In this document: positions 11,462 to 24,000 of the stretch, piece by piece
How positions within the stretch are numbered: position 1 is the first letter of the stretch
Layout: each line of letters starts with the position of its first letter
Assembly: GCA_951406725.2 (NCBI GenBank)
Contig: OX597828.1
Span: 62,000,001 to 62,064,000, forward strand
Reading direction: 5' to 3'
Length of the DNA: 64,000 nt
Source of the DNA: Octopus vulgaris
Lineage: Eukaryota
Program-made: the position numbers and the translations under genes
Notes under the pieces: model-generated
What the model saw: the letters and a program-made list of their open reading frames with translations, nothing else
What the model was told of the DNA's origin: nothing
Database searches by the model: none

Positions 11462-12915
11462 CTGGTGTAGCAGCATAATAGTCAACTGCTACAAAGGTAT
11501 AGGTGACGCTCTAGATACAAATAATTACAGAGGTATCAAGTTGCTGGATCAAGTAATGAAGGTCATGGAGAGGGTCATAGCCCAACTAATTAGAGAGAGA
11601 GTTAGTTTAGATGAGATGCAGTTTGGGTTCGTGCCAGGCAAAAGTACCACTGATGCTATATTCCTGGTAAGACAGCTGCAGGTGAGATACCTAGCCAAAG
11701 ATAAGCCTATGTACCTGGCTTTCGTTGACATGGAGAAAGCCTTCGACAGGGTCCCCCGATCCCTTATCCCTTATCTGGTGGTCAATGAGGAAACTAGGGA
11801 TAAATGAATGGTTAGTGAGAGCTGTGCGAGCCTTGTACAGGGACGCTGTTAGTAAGGTGAGGGTTGGCAACGAGTACAGTGAAGAATTCCGGGTAGAGGT
11901 AGAGGTCCACCAAGGTTCAGTCCTCAGCCCCCTCCTATTTATCATAGTCCTCCAGGCAATAACGGAGGAATTCAAGACAGGATGCCCCTGGGAGCTCTTC
12001 TATGCTGATGACCTTGCTCTAATTGCCGAGTCACTATCAGAACTGGAGGAGAAGTTTCAGTTGTGGAAGCAAGGATTAGAATCGAAGGGCCTTATAGTCA
12101 ACCTAGCCAAAACCAAAGTCCTAATAAGTAGGAAGGTAGACCAATCACAAACGCCTTCAGGTAGATGGCTCTGCTCGATTTGTAGAAAAGGTGTAGGTAG
12201 AAACTCTATAAGATGCACCAAGTGTAAGCTATGGACACATAAGAGGTGCAGCAATGTCAAAAGAAGGCTAACTAGGAAGATAGTTTTTGTATGTGGCAGA
12301 TGCTCAGGAGCAATAAACACTGAAAATGCACAGAGACCAACTTCCGCCACATTCCAGGGAGAAAAACTAGAAATAGTTGATAGCTTCCGTTACCTAGGTG
12401 ACCAAGTCAGTAGCGGGGGTGGGTGTGCTGAAAGTGTAACTGCTAGAGTAAGAATAGCCTGGGCAAAGTTCAGAGATCTCTTACCTCTGCTGGTGACAAA
12501 AGGCCTCTCGCTCAATGGAAATTGTAGCTGTGATACCAGTGCCGGTGGCACGTAAGAGAACCATCCGAACGTGGCCGTTGCCAGCGCTGTCCCGACTGGC
12601 CACCGTGCCGGTGGCACGTAAAGAGCACCATCCGATCGTGGCCATTGCCAGCCTCGCCTGGCCTCCGTGGCGGTGGCATGTAAAAAGCACCATCCAATCG
12701 TGGCCGTTTGCCAGCCTCGTCTGGCACCTGTGCCGGTGGCACATAAAAAGCACCCACTACACTCACGGAGTGGTTGCCGTTAGGAAGGGCATCCAGCCGT
12801 AGAAACACTGCCAGATCAGACTGGGCTTGGTGCAGCCTTCTGGCTTCCCAGACCCCAGTTGAACCGTCCAACCCATGCTAGCATGGAAAGTGGATGTTAA
12901 ACGATGATGATGATA
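11460..12915 (+). mobile_element. 5'-truncated RTE-clade LINE (RT, PHD-like Cys/His insert, tandem-repeat 3'UTR)
   Basis: NYRGIKLL, QFGFVPGKSTTDA, AFVDMEKAFDRV, HQGSVLSPLLF, YADDL, FRYLG. The 3' end reads CCCATGCTAGCATGGAAAGTGGATGTTAAACGATGATGATGA. There is an internal deletion near 12515 relative to the 21125-23285 copy. Confidence 0.92.
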
Positions 12916-12934
12916 CATACATATATTTTCTTTT

Positions 12935-13295
12935 AAATGTTTGTTTCAGTCTTTAGACTGTGACCATGCTTGGAGGGTTTAATTGAACAAATGGACACTA
13001 GTACTTAGTTTTTCTGTTAAGCCTGGCATTTGTTCTATTGGCCTCTTTATCCTGAACCACTAAGTTATGATAACATCAACAAACACCAATTATCAGGCAG
13101 TACTGGGGGATGAACAAACACACACACACACACACATATATATATATGATGCACTTCTTTCAGTTTCCATCTTTCCAAATCCACTCAAAAGGCTTTGGTT
13201 GATTAAGGGCTATAGTAGAAGACACAAGCTTAAGGTATCATGTAGGGAGACTGAGACTGGAACTGTGTGGTAGGGGAGCAAGCTTCTTACCACAC
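12935..13295 (-). mobile_element. SINE family B
   Basis: TGTTTCAGTC..GACTGTGACCATGCT end is shared with the copies at 20803, 27490, 27780 and 43665. Confidence 0.6.
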
Positions 13296-13658
13296 ATACA
13301 TTTGCACACAAACAAGCACATAGGTACCAAATATAGGGGATAAAATAATACGCAAAGACTGAAGGTAGAATAAAATAGCATTTTATTGGGCAAATATTTC
13401 ACTTTTCAAAATAACAAGAATCTCTTAGATAAAAGAGATTGACCATAATGAAAAAATATATTACTATTGTGACAAGTCAAATTTAAATTACAAAACTGGA
13501 TAGTGTATATCATCTCATCTGCATATATGTATGTGTGTATATGTACAAACACACATATAAACATACATTTATACACACACTATATATATTTAAACGTACT
13601 ATATATATATATATATATACATATATATACATATATATATATATACATATATATATAA

Positions 13659-14560
13659 GACAGAATGAGATAACAAATCCAAGGCTCTGAGGAGTTTTCA
13701 GGACATTTATAATGAAAGTCTTACAGCTGTTTCTGGGATATTATGGATATCCCTTCATCAGAGACAGTGTGAGAAAATATCTGAATTTAAATTATTATGG
13801 AAAAGGAGGAGATAGGGAATATGGATGGAAATAAGAGAATGAAAGTAGAAATAAGATATATAAAGATATTGTAGTTGCAGTTCCATTATTCGAGGAAAAT
13901 GGTGTATAGAAGTGGTTAAAAAGTTTCCTGTACATGGTAAGTTCCAATAGCAGTTCATGTTTAGTCATTTCAAAGTATGGAGCCGTGGAATCAATGTTGC
14001 TCGTTCGAAAGGGTTTTGTGGTGTGAATGAAAATTTGAGAATGTATGGGTAGTATTTGTGAATAGATAGGGAAGGAGAGATGTGCATGATTAGAAAGAGG
14101 AGATAGGTCAAATTTAAAACAGGAAGAGAAAATTAGGGAAAAAGAAAAAAAAGGAGAGAAAAACAAATAGTGAAGAAAGGGTGAAAGAAGTGAGAAAGGG
14201 AGTGTTAGTTAGTGGTCAAGATAATGTGATGGGAGAGGTGTGGGGGGGGATAGGAAGAGATGAGAAGTTAAGGAATAAAAGAATGTGAAATATGAGAGTA
14301 GGGGTGATATGACAGCTGCATTAAGGGATGGGTAGAAAAAAGGTATGGGTGGGGTGATACCGAAGTGAGTAGTAGTTTTGGTAGTAAAATCTGAAGTGGA
14401 GGGAAGAATACAAGGATGTCAAATAGGAAAGGAGGAAAGAAGGTATAATGCATATGTACGCATGCACTCACATTTATATTTGCAAATATGCTATACATAT
14501 ACACACACATATAGACATACATATACACACACATATATATATATATACACAAACACACAC
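13659..14560 (-). mobile_element. Non-coding PLE-derived repeat with a 3' hammerhead (copy 1)
   Basis: Collinear with 42637-43600 over about 0.9 kb; begins right after (TA)n; no intact ORF. Confidence 0.8.
13718..13765 (-). ncRNA. Type I hammerhead ribozyme (minimal, PLE type)
   Basis: Minus strand: GTCT-CTGATGA-A-GGGATAT-CCATA-ATATCCC-A-GAAA-CAGCTG-TA-AGAC. Intact core, stems I and II, palindromic stem III, GUA cleavage triplet. Confidence 0.88.
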
Positions 14561-15589
14561 GTCCAAATATAATATATATTAAAAGATAAGTTTCCTCATT
14601 ACACATGTTTCATTTACAAATAGGAGTTATAAAAGTGTTCATGTAGAAAAAAAATGTAAGATATCTATTAGAACTTCATCAGACAGAGAATTAAAATGAT
14701 ACTAAATTGACATTTGTATGAAGCTTTGGTTTATAGTGTAAGTAAGAATTAGGAGTCACACAGATACTTAGAAAGGAGAATAGAGAAGTAATATTTTTCC
14801 ATTCTCTCTCAATCTATGTAACTCCTCAATATTCCTTTAACTATAAATTAAAGCTTCATCCAAATGTAAATGGTGTAGTGTACTATACAGCCCACTATAT
14901 ACATACATTATGAATAAGAACAGAGAATTATACAGCCTCAAAAACTTTTTTATTACAGTATTATATACAATACATTCACATTAAATCTCAGTCCAACACA
15001 TCTTTCATGTTTTCACTATTTTAAGATATGTGTATGTATGTGTGTGTATATATATATATATATATATACATATGTATATGCATAAATGTGTACAGGATGT
15101 TACCAACGGTGCAAACAACATGACATACATAAAGAAATAAGTTCAATACATAAATGAGGGGAAAAAAATGGAAAATAGGACAAGAAAGGACCCTTTATCA
15201 GTTGTCACCTGTCTATCTGACCCTCATTTTGAGCATTCAACGACAATATAAGTCTTGGATTTATAAAGGGTCAAAGTTGGGAAATAAAACAGGACAGTGG
15301 AGACATACAAGGAAACCGAGTGAAAAGAAACATGGAGAGTTGTTAGACCAGAACGAGCGGAAAATAGTGAATGCTGGGAGAAGAAGTATTTTGTTTGAAA
15401 AGAGAAAAGACTGAAGAGAGAGAAAAAAAAACACATTCAGTCTTTTGAACATCCGTGCAAGAAAAGAAAAATGGTCACGTGACAAAAAAAAGATGGACAA
15501 TGGTCACGTGTGAGCAACAAGAGAGAGAGAGAGACAGATAGAAAATGGTGATATATATATATATATATACATACACACACATATACACT

Positions 15590-16150
15590 TACTAAGTTCA
15601 ATACCTGAGTAGAACTGCTCAATCCCATGGTAATGTTGAACTGATCAACCCTAACCCTATCACAATATTTCATCGAATTCAATTCTAAACTTTCTGACCA
15701 TCAATAATAATGTCTATTTCTTCTTTAGATAAGCCTGAGCTTGTCATCATCAATATTGATGCTTTGTTGAATAGAATTGGGTTAATGGATGCATTGTAAT
15801 TTGATATCTTTAAACGCATGAACTTTATTCTAAACATCAGTGAACCAATCAATTATCTCATATAGACTAGACCATGAGTTAAGTTGAATTACATTTCTAA
15901 GCTTGGGTATATATTAGGTAATGATAAACTTCCTAAATCTACCTATATCTGACTTTGAGAAGCATATAAGTAATGGATAAGTAGTGAAGTTAGGCTTATG
16001 GTTCTTCAGGTAAATTCTAGGGGTTCTAGAGAGGTAGAGTTCTGTTCTATCTTTGAAATGTAATCTTTCTACTATCTTCTTAACCTGGAATTTCATATTT
16101 AGTAGGTTGTTTTTTTTTTAGGTATTTTTATAGTTTCTCAGAATTTCCCT
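15590..16150 (-). mobile_element. Decayed PLE RT fragment
   Basis: YLKNHKPNF..LICFSKSDIGR and FNITMG remnants, resembling the PLE RT at 55290-56790. Confidence 0.6.
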
Positions 16151-16748
16151 TTTAATTATATATATGTGTGTATGTATGTGCATGTCCGTATGTGTGTGTT
16201 ACTGCCTCCTTGCCTTGAGATTGCATGATAATTGCAAATGTCACCATTATGGAACTGGTGCTTATTGTTTCCTGTCAGAGACATATTTGGTTATGGAGAA
16301 ATATTACCTTACTACAGGTAGAGTTTGGCAACAGGAAGGTCATCTGGCTGTAGGAAATTTGTTTCAACATATCACACCTGAGTGATGCAAGCATGGGAAA
16401 GTGGATGTTAAAACATTGATATATATCTATTGGGCTGCTTGTCTAGCCAATAGAGTGGTGTCATTCGAAAGCAACAATGCAAAGAAGTGCATCATAACCA
16501 GCAGTGTATAACAACTGACAGTTTGGTCAAAATGTATGTGTGTGTGTGTGTATTATACAACAATACGTAATGGTATTATTGTTTAAATTTCCCCAAACAA
16601 TGTATGCTGAAAATCTGGTACTTCTAATTTTGCTCAAAAGCCCATTATTTACAAACAGCCCAAATTTGATAACTGGTGATGGCGGGGAGGAACAAAAACA
16701 TTATAGTTTAGTAACAGTAAAGATGTTTTTTAGTAACTGAACCAGAAA

Positions 16749-16922
16749 TTATTTTGAAAATATTCGAATAAATATTATCATCCAAAGAAAAGTCAATGTC
16801 ACAGCAGCAATCATAAGCCACACCCACCAGGTACAAGAGTTAGTGTGTGCTTCCAAATGTTCTGTTTGTACTTTTAGCTTATCAAAGTTGGAGCTTGCCA
16901 AGTGTGAACTATCAGAAATAGT
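16749..16922 (-). CDS. USE1: USE1 exon 6 (174 nt, SNARE C-terminus + tail-anchor TM + stop)
   Basis: Acceptor TTTTGCAG; TISDSSHLASSNFDKLKVQTEHLEAHTNSCTWWVWLMIAAVTLTFLWMIIFIRIFSK; TAA at 16749-16751. Confidence 0.92.
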   Translation of the reverse strand, partial: TISDSSHLASSNFDKLKVQTEHLEAHTNSCTWWVWLMIAAVTLTFLWMIIFIRIFSK

Positions 16923-19877
16923 CTGCAAAACAAAGAAAAAAGTGAAACTGAAATGAAGACCACAAAACAGATTGGTTATTTACTAATTTATTAAAGAAAT
17001 TGCACAGTCAATCTAAGCACATCCACTTTTCTTTTTCTCTTTTGTTATTCAACTTGGGAGGAACAAAAACATTATTGTCTAGTATATTTATTGCATTGTT
17101 ACTGTTGGTGTAGATGTATTTTCACAAAGAAATCATATCAAATTAAAAATGGATGATTCAAGAAACTAAACAGTTTGGATGTAGTAAGCCTTATTAACCC
17201 TTAGTATGCTTAGGCACATCATGTCACTGTATGAGTTAATCTCTCCTGTAGCTGCAGGCACATTGTATTGCATTGAGAAGGGAGAAAATTTATACAGCAA
17301 CATGATGTACCTACAGCAAGCTAAAGGTAGAGAAACAAAATGATAGACCAAACTGATAAGAGATTGGATTACCAAAACTAATATGTATTGAACTGAAATT
17401 TATTATTGATATTTCCTAACATATTTGAGTAAGATTCTTAACCTTTTGAGACCATATTTCTAACAAAAATCATTTATGTATTTTAATTAAGTCAGTAAAT
17501 AGCTGTGTATTTGGAAGTAACTAAATATTTTCTTAGTTTCAAGTAGGTCAGAGGCAAAAGGGCTCAGCTCTAATATGTCTTGTTATTGATTTTAGTTTTC
17601 TGTTTTTCCAGCAGTTTGGCACACAATCTACTTAACATTGTATTTGTAAACAACATTAAACTAACAAATTAACACTGCCCATAGATAGAATCATTAGAGA
17701 GTCAGATTGTATTTGTTTCATCCCATCTTTGCTAAGCACAATTTTTCTTTACATCCTTTCAGGGTTGATAATTAAAATATTAATGAGGGCATCTGTTGTA
17801 GCTTTACACATTCACACCTTAAAACTTACCATTAGACTACTATTGTTGGGCAGTCATCTCTTCTAGGTGGACTAATAAAACCAAAAATAGGCTCTAAATT
17901 AAAAAAAAGTTCATTTATTGTAGGGTACAAAGTGCTCAATAATTACTATGATGATGGTGATAATTACTATGATGAACTGAACTTATCATCATGAGACAGT
18001 AATCAGTATGTTCCCCTGGTGAATATTTGCCCCCAAAAGTTGACACCAGACATTACTTAATTTGTATTAGTAAATTCATTGTAGTTAATACACTTCTCTA
18101 GGTTCATCTACCGTCACATTTTCATTTGTATGGATTAAGTAGGTTTATCCAATTGAACTATAACTAAAATAGCTATACAGAGCAGTGACAATACAGAGTA
18201 CACCAGAGCAAAGGATTTTACATTCAGACAGCTACTCTTCAACACAAACTGGTGTGTGTATGTGTGTAAAAAATGTGTAAATGAGGAAATTAAAGTAGGT
18301 TTTATGTGTGTGTTTTCAAATAAATAGGTACCCAATTGTACATGTGTGTATTAACATCTATGTAGTGATCGGGTGTGAAAGACTTATGTAGAGACAGGAG
18401 TTCCAAAGAGGCTATTATAAGTTACTGGATATCTTTGAATGACTAACTCACTCAGACTCCAGCCACTGAATGACACCCCACTCACATCCACTTCCTCCCA
18501 TCCCTACACATTCAGGTTCACAAACACACACTGCCCCCAACCCCACACCACCTGTATTTAATAAGATAAAACAAGCTGACTAAGCATTCAGGACTCAAAC
18601 TGATTGTCAACAAGCTGGGTAGGAAGGGGAAAGACCAGTTCTTACTTTAATTTATATAATTGTGGTTCCCTTAGAATAAAAGACAAGACAAGAGTTACAG
18701 CTGATGGCAGGGATCAGAATTAATAAAAGTCTGTAGCTATAGTGGTGATGACTGTGGTGATGTGGGTAGCGGATGAAGTAGACACTGTCTTGGATTGTAG
18801 ATAGTGAGGAGCACACAGGGGCGGCGGTGGGGGAGGGGGGAGAGAATAAAAAGAAGAGAGAACAACACAAGAAGATAACTGTTTAAGAAACACCAGTCCC
18901 CCCCCCCCCCAACGTACACACACACACAAAACACTTCAAAACATGAGTTTATCAACATCAAGTCAAAACACAAGCCTAAAACATTTCTGACTACTGTGAA
19001 TGATAAACAATAAATAAATAAGTTAAAGAGCAAAAATGTCTGGACTGCTGTTAATAACAATGAAGTAACAAAGGCAAAACAGCTGTGTGTGTGTGGGGGG
19101 GGGGGGATTAACTACATATTAACCAATTCCCTCAGACCACAGCAAGCGTTTTTTTTTTACACAACCTTAACCCTAACAATGTTTAGGTGGGTTTTGCCAA
19201 CAATTGTAGGTGTTTCTATAGCACTAGACTTTGAACAATGGTGAAATGAGATTTAAGGTCAAAATGAAAAAAATAAATAAAATTAATGCAGATTAAGACA
19301 GATTAAGAGGATTTATCGGATGTTGATGTGTGGCTGTTAGATAGAATGGTTTTTAACCAGAGTTCCACAATAACTTTGAGGTGTTGCTGACTAATCTAGG
19401 TGCTGTTGCAATACTCTCACATTTGAGGCACAAAACTGATAATAAAAGATTTGGATCAACCATAAAATGACCCAATCATAATGATACATTTTCTCACACA
19501 CACGTTATAAGTGTCCATACATCCACTCACACTGTTGTATAGAAAGTAGACATGTATCAGAGTAAATGGAGTTATAGCAGACACATGCAAACATGCACAT
19601 GTCTAACATTGAATGTAGACAACATATAAACATAAAGTCACACAATGAAGATTACACAGTTCATGATATATACATACATATTTACGCACATACACAAACA
19701 TTGTGCATATATACTATACACAAGTACTCACACTGAGCACTACCTACAGACATACACAGTATACACAAATATAAATCAACACACACATGTATCTATACAC
19801 ATCATCTATACTATATATGTACAGACTCACAAACATGTACACCCTTTATAGACACAGAAGCCAGTGAGAGAGAGAGA

Positions 19878-19925
<48 letters not shown>

Positions 19926-21050
19926 GTAGTTAGTTTGTCTCGGATGATTTATTGAATTTGAAGTAAATTGAGATATTATTGGCTGGAGAGAGAGAGAGAG
20001 AGAGAAGGAGAGAAAGAGCAGGCAAGGGAGGGGAAGGCAATCATCCTGGCTACATAACTAGACTGACAGAGGATGTCTGTCTGTCTGTCACACAGCCACA
20101 CCATTCATTGCACAACAGCTAAACTGATGGCTCTGTCACATATAGTCTCCCCATTACACTACAAAATTAAGTTGAACTGTGTGTATGTCTATCCGTTAGA
20201 CAGTCCCACCACTACACAACACAGCTAAACTGTAAAGTGAGGTGTTTAGCTGTCTGGCTGAATGTTAGACAGATGACCTTACATTATACTACACATGTGA
20301 GTCCCAACATTATACTATATATATATGTGGAGGTGCAATGGCCCAGTGATTAGGGCAGCGGACTCGCGGTTGTAGAATCGTGGTTTCGATTACCAGACCG
20401 GGCGTTGTGAGTGTTTATTGAGTGAAAACACCTAAAGCTCCACGAGGCTCTGGCAGGGGGGGGGGAGGTGAACCCTGCTGTACTCTTTTGCCACAACTTT
20501 CTTCTGTTGGCTAGCAAGCAGGATGGCGCCATTTGAACGCTTAAACAATGTGAAGAACATTGTGACCAGCGATGTGTAGCAACATCTGATAGCCTGGTCG
20601 GTCACGGTGATATATATATATATTCAATCAAGATATCCTTGACCACTTTCAAAGGTTCTGCTCACTATGAAACATATGTAGCCTGAATCTTGTTTACTCC
20701 ATTCCTGAACTCTTGGATCCTTATTCGCATACCTGGCAACCCTGGTTGTGAAATATAAAAAGAACTTTTTCCAATTTATCGTACTTCATTAAGAAAAAAA
20801 ATCTGTGTCTGCGTTTGTCCCTCCACCATTGCTTGACAACCAATGCTGGTGTGTTTACATACCCGTAACTTAGCAGTTCAGTAAAAGAGCCTGATAGAAT
20901 AAGTACTAGGCTTACAAAGAATAAGTCCTGGGGTCGATTTGTTCAACTAAGGGCAGTGCTTCAGAATAGACGCAGTCAAATGACTGAAACAAATAAAAGA
21001 GTAAAAGAAAGAACTTTCTGTCTCAATAAACCATTATTGTCCAAGAAAGT

Positions 21051-21087
<37 letters not shown>

Positions 21088-24000
21088 CCTTGGATCTTTA
21101 TACATGTGTGCGTGCACGTATATATATCATCATTAACATCCACTTTTCATGCTAGCATGGGTTGGATGGTTTGACTGAAGACTGGCAAGCCAATAGGTTG
21201 CACCAGGTTCCAATCTGATCTGGCAAGGTTTCTACAGCTGGATGCCCTTCCAAATGCCAACCACTCCAAGAGTGTAGTGGGTACTTTTTACGTGCCGCTG
21301 GCATGAGAGCCAATCAGGGAGCACTGGTATCAACCATGTTCGCATGGTGCTATTTATGTGCCACTTGCACGGGAGCCAATTAGGGGTCACTGGCATTGAC
21401 CATGTTCAGCAGATAGTGCTTTTTACGTGCCACCGGTACTGGAGCCAGTCAGGGGGCACTGGCATTGACCACATTCACATGGTGCTTTTAATGGCACAGG
21501 AGCCAGCCAAGGGCTTCTGGCATCAACCACGTTCACATGGTGCTTATTACATGCCACTAACACAGGTGCCAGTCAGGCAGTACTGGCCACGACTACGATT
21601 TTGATTTCACTTGACTCAACAGGCCTTCTCAAGCACATCATATCGCTCAACGCTTCAAGGGTACTTTTAAATGCAACATTGGCATCGGCCACAGCTGTGA
21701 TCTCACTTTAGTTGCCGGGTCTTCTCAATCACAGCATATTTCCAACAGTCTCGGTCTCATTGGATCTGTGAGGCCAAATGTTCGAAGGTCATGCTTCATC
21801 ACCTCATCCCATGTCTTCCTGGGTCTACCTCTTCCACAGGTTCCTTCCACAGTTAGGGAGTGGCACTTCCTCACGCAGCTGTCCTCATCCATACGTAACA
21901 CATGACCATACCAGTGCAGTCGTCTCTCTTGTACACCACATTTGATGCTTCTCATGTCCAACTTTTCCTTCAGGGCACTTTGTCATGTATGCACACTGAC
22001 ATTACACACCCAGCAGATCATACTAGCTCCATTTCTGTCAAGCCTACGCATGTCCACAGCAGTCATGGCCCATGTTTCACTACTGCGTAGCATGGCAGCT
22101 TGCACACCTGTATCATACAGTCTACCTTTCATTCTTAGCAAGAGGCCCCTTGCTGCTAGCAGAGGTAAGAGCTTTCTAAACTTTGCCCAGGCAGTCCTTG
22201 TTCTGGCAACTACACTCTCAGAACATCCACCCCCACTACAGACTTGGCCACCTACGAAGTGGAAGCTATCAACTACTTATAGTTTTTCCCCCTGGCATAT
22301 GATGGAATCTGTTTTCAGTACATCTTCAGTGTTTACTGCCCCTCTGCACCTGCCACATACAAAGACTATCTCCCTGGTTAACCTTCCTTTGATATTGCTG
22401 CACCTTTTGTGCTCATAGCTTACACCGAGTACATTGTATGGAGTTTCTACCCACACCTTTTCTACAGATCAAGCAGAGCCATCTACCTGAAAGGGGCTTG
22501 TGATTTGTCAGCCTTCCTACTAACTAAGACTTTGGTTTTTGCTAGGTTAACCCTAAGGCCTTTGATTCTAGATCTTGCTTCCACACCCTAAACTTCATCT
22601 CTAGTTCTGATAGTGACTCAGCTATTAGAGCATTGTCATCAGCGTAGAGGAGCTCCCAGGGGCAGCCATTCTTGAATTCCTCTGATACTGCTTGGAGGAC
22701 TATAATGAACAAGAGGGGGCTGAGGACTGATCCTTGGTGAACCCCAACTTCAACTCAGAATTCTTCACTATACTAGTTGCCAACCCTCAACTTACTGACA
22801 GCATCCCTGTACAGGGCTTATACGGCTCTTACCAACCACCTGTCTATCACCAGTTTCCGCATTGACCACCAGATAACGGATCAGAGGACCCTGTCAAAGG
22901 CTTTCTCCAAATCAGCAAAAGCCAAGTACAGAGGTTTATCTTTGGCTAGGTATTTCTCCTGCAGTTGCCTTACCACAAATACAGCATCAGTGGTGCTTCT
23001 GCCTGGCACAAAACCAAACTGAATCTTATCTAAGCTAACTCTCTCCCTAATTAGTTGGGCTATGACCCTCTCTATAACTTTCATCACTTGATCCAGTAAT
23101 TTGATACCCCTGTAGTTATTTCTAGCTAAAGCATCACCTTTGCCCCTATAGTCGACTGTGGTGCTGCTACACCAGTCATTGGGTATGACTCCTTCATGAA
23201 CTACCTGATTTACGATGCGGGTGACAAGACCATAACCCACACTGCCCGATATTTGAAGCATTTCAGTGGTGATTCCTGATTGTGTTCCTTTCTGTGGATT
23301 TCCAAGCATTAAACTAATACATCTGTTTGTTTTGTACACCACCTGTCAGCATCTTTTGTTCTTTTTTTGTGAATTCTCCCCATATATATAAGCTAATAAA
23401 ACATTCTTACCTGATTGGTTATCAATCTGATATCATCCAACTCAGACACCTACACAGATGACCCACCTTGCATGTTTGTTATTCTGTCTATCTCAGACAC
23501 AACTTGACAAGTCATCGGCTCCAAATGAATTATGTCAATCTATCTGTCTCACACCTCCCAACTTTACAACACGTACCTACATAATGGATATTCAACAACA
23601 GTTAGAGTTACTTTCTCAGATTTGTATGACTGTTCATCTCGCAACTACAACACTTTTTTCATACCTCTAGACTCAGATCACTGCCTGACACAATCACTTC
23701 ACAGTTAAGGACCTACTTTCTAATCTGTCAGTCTAGGCACCGTAACTTTCCACATTATCTGGCACAATACATTCACACATCTTACTTAAACACTAAAAAT
23801 ACTCCAGTAACAGAACTTCCACAAGATAATTCAATCTGCAGATGGAGCAATCATTCTCACAAAATATTGCACATATTTTCAATGAAGACAACATCTTAAA
23901 ACCTCTCCTTCCAAGGCACAGCACCAAAACAACCATTACTCTTTCTATAATCCTGTGGCATGCACAGGACTAATCTGCTATAGCGGTGGTTCCCACAGTG

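Noticed and set aside
20329-20405. Possible tRNA gene
   Set aside because: Stems are imperfect, there is no terminator, and it continues into a SINE body.
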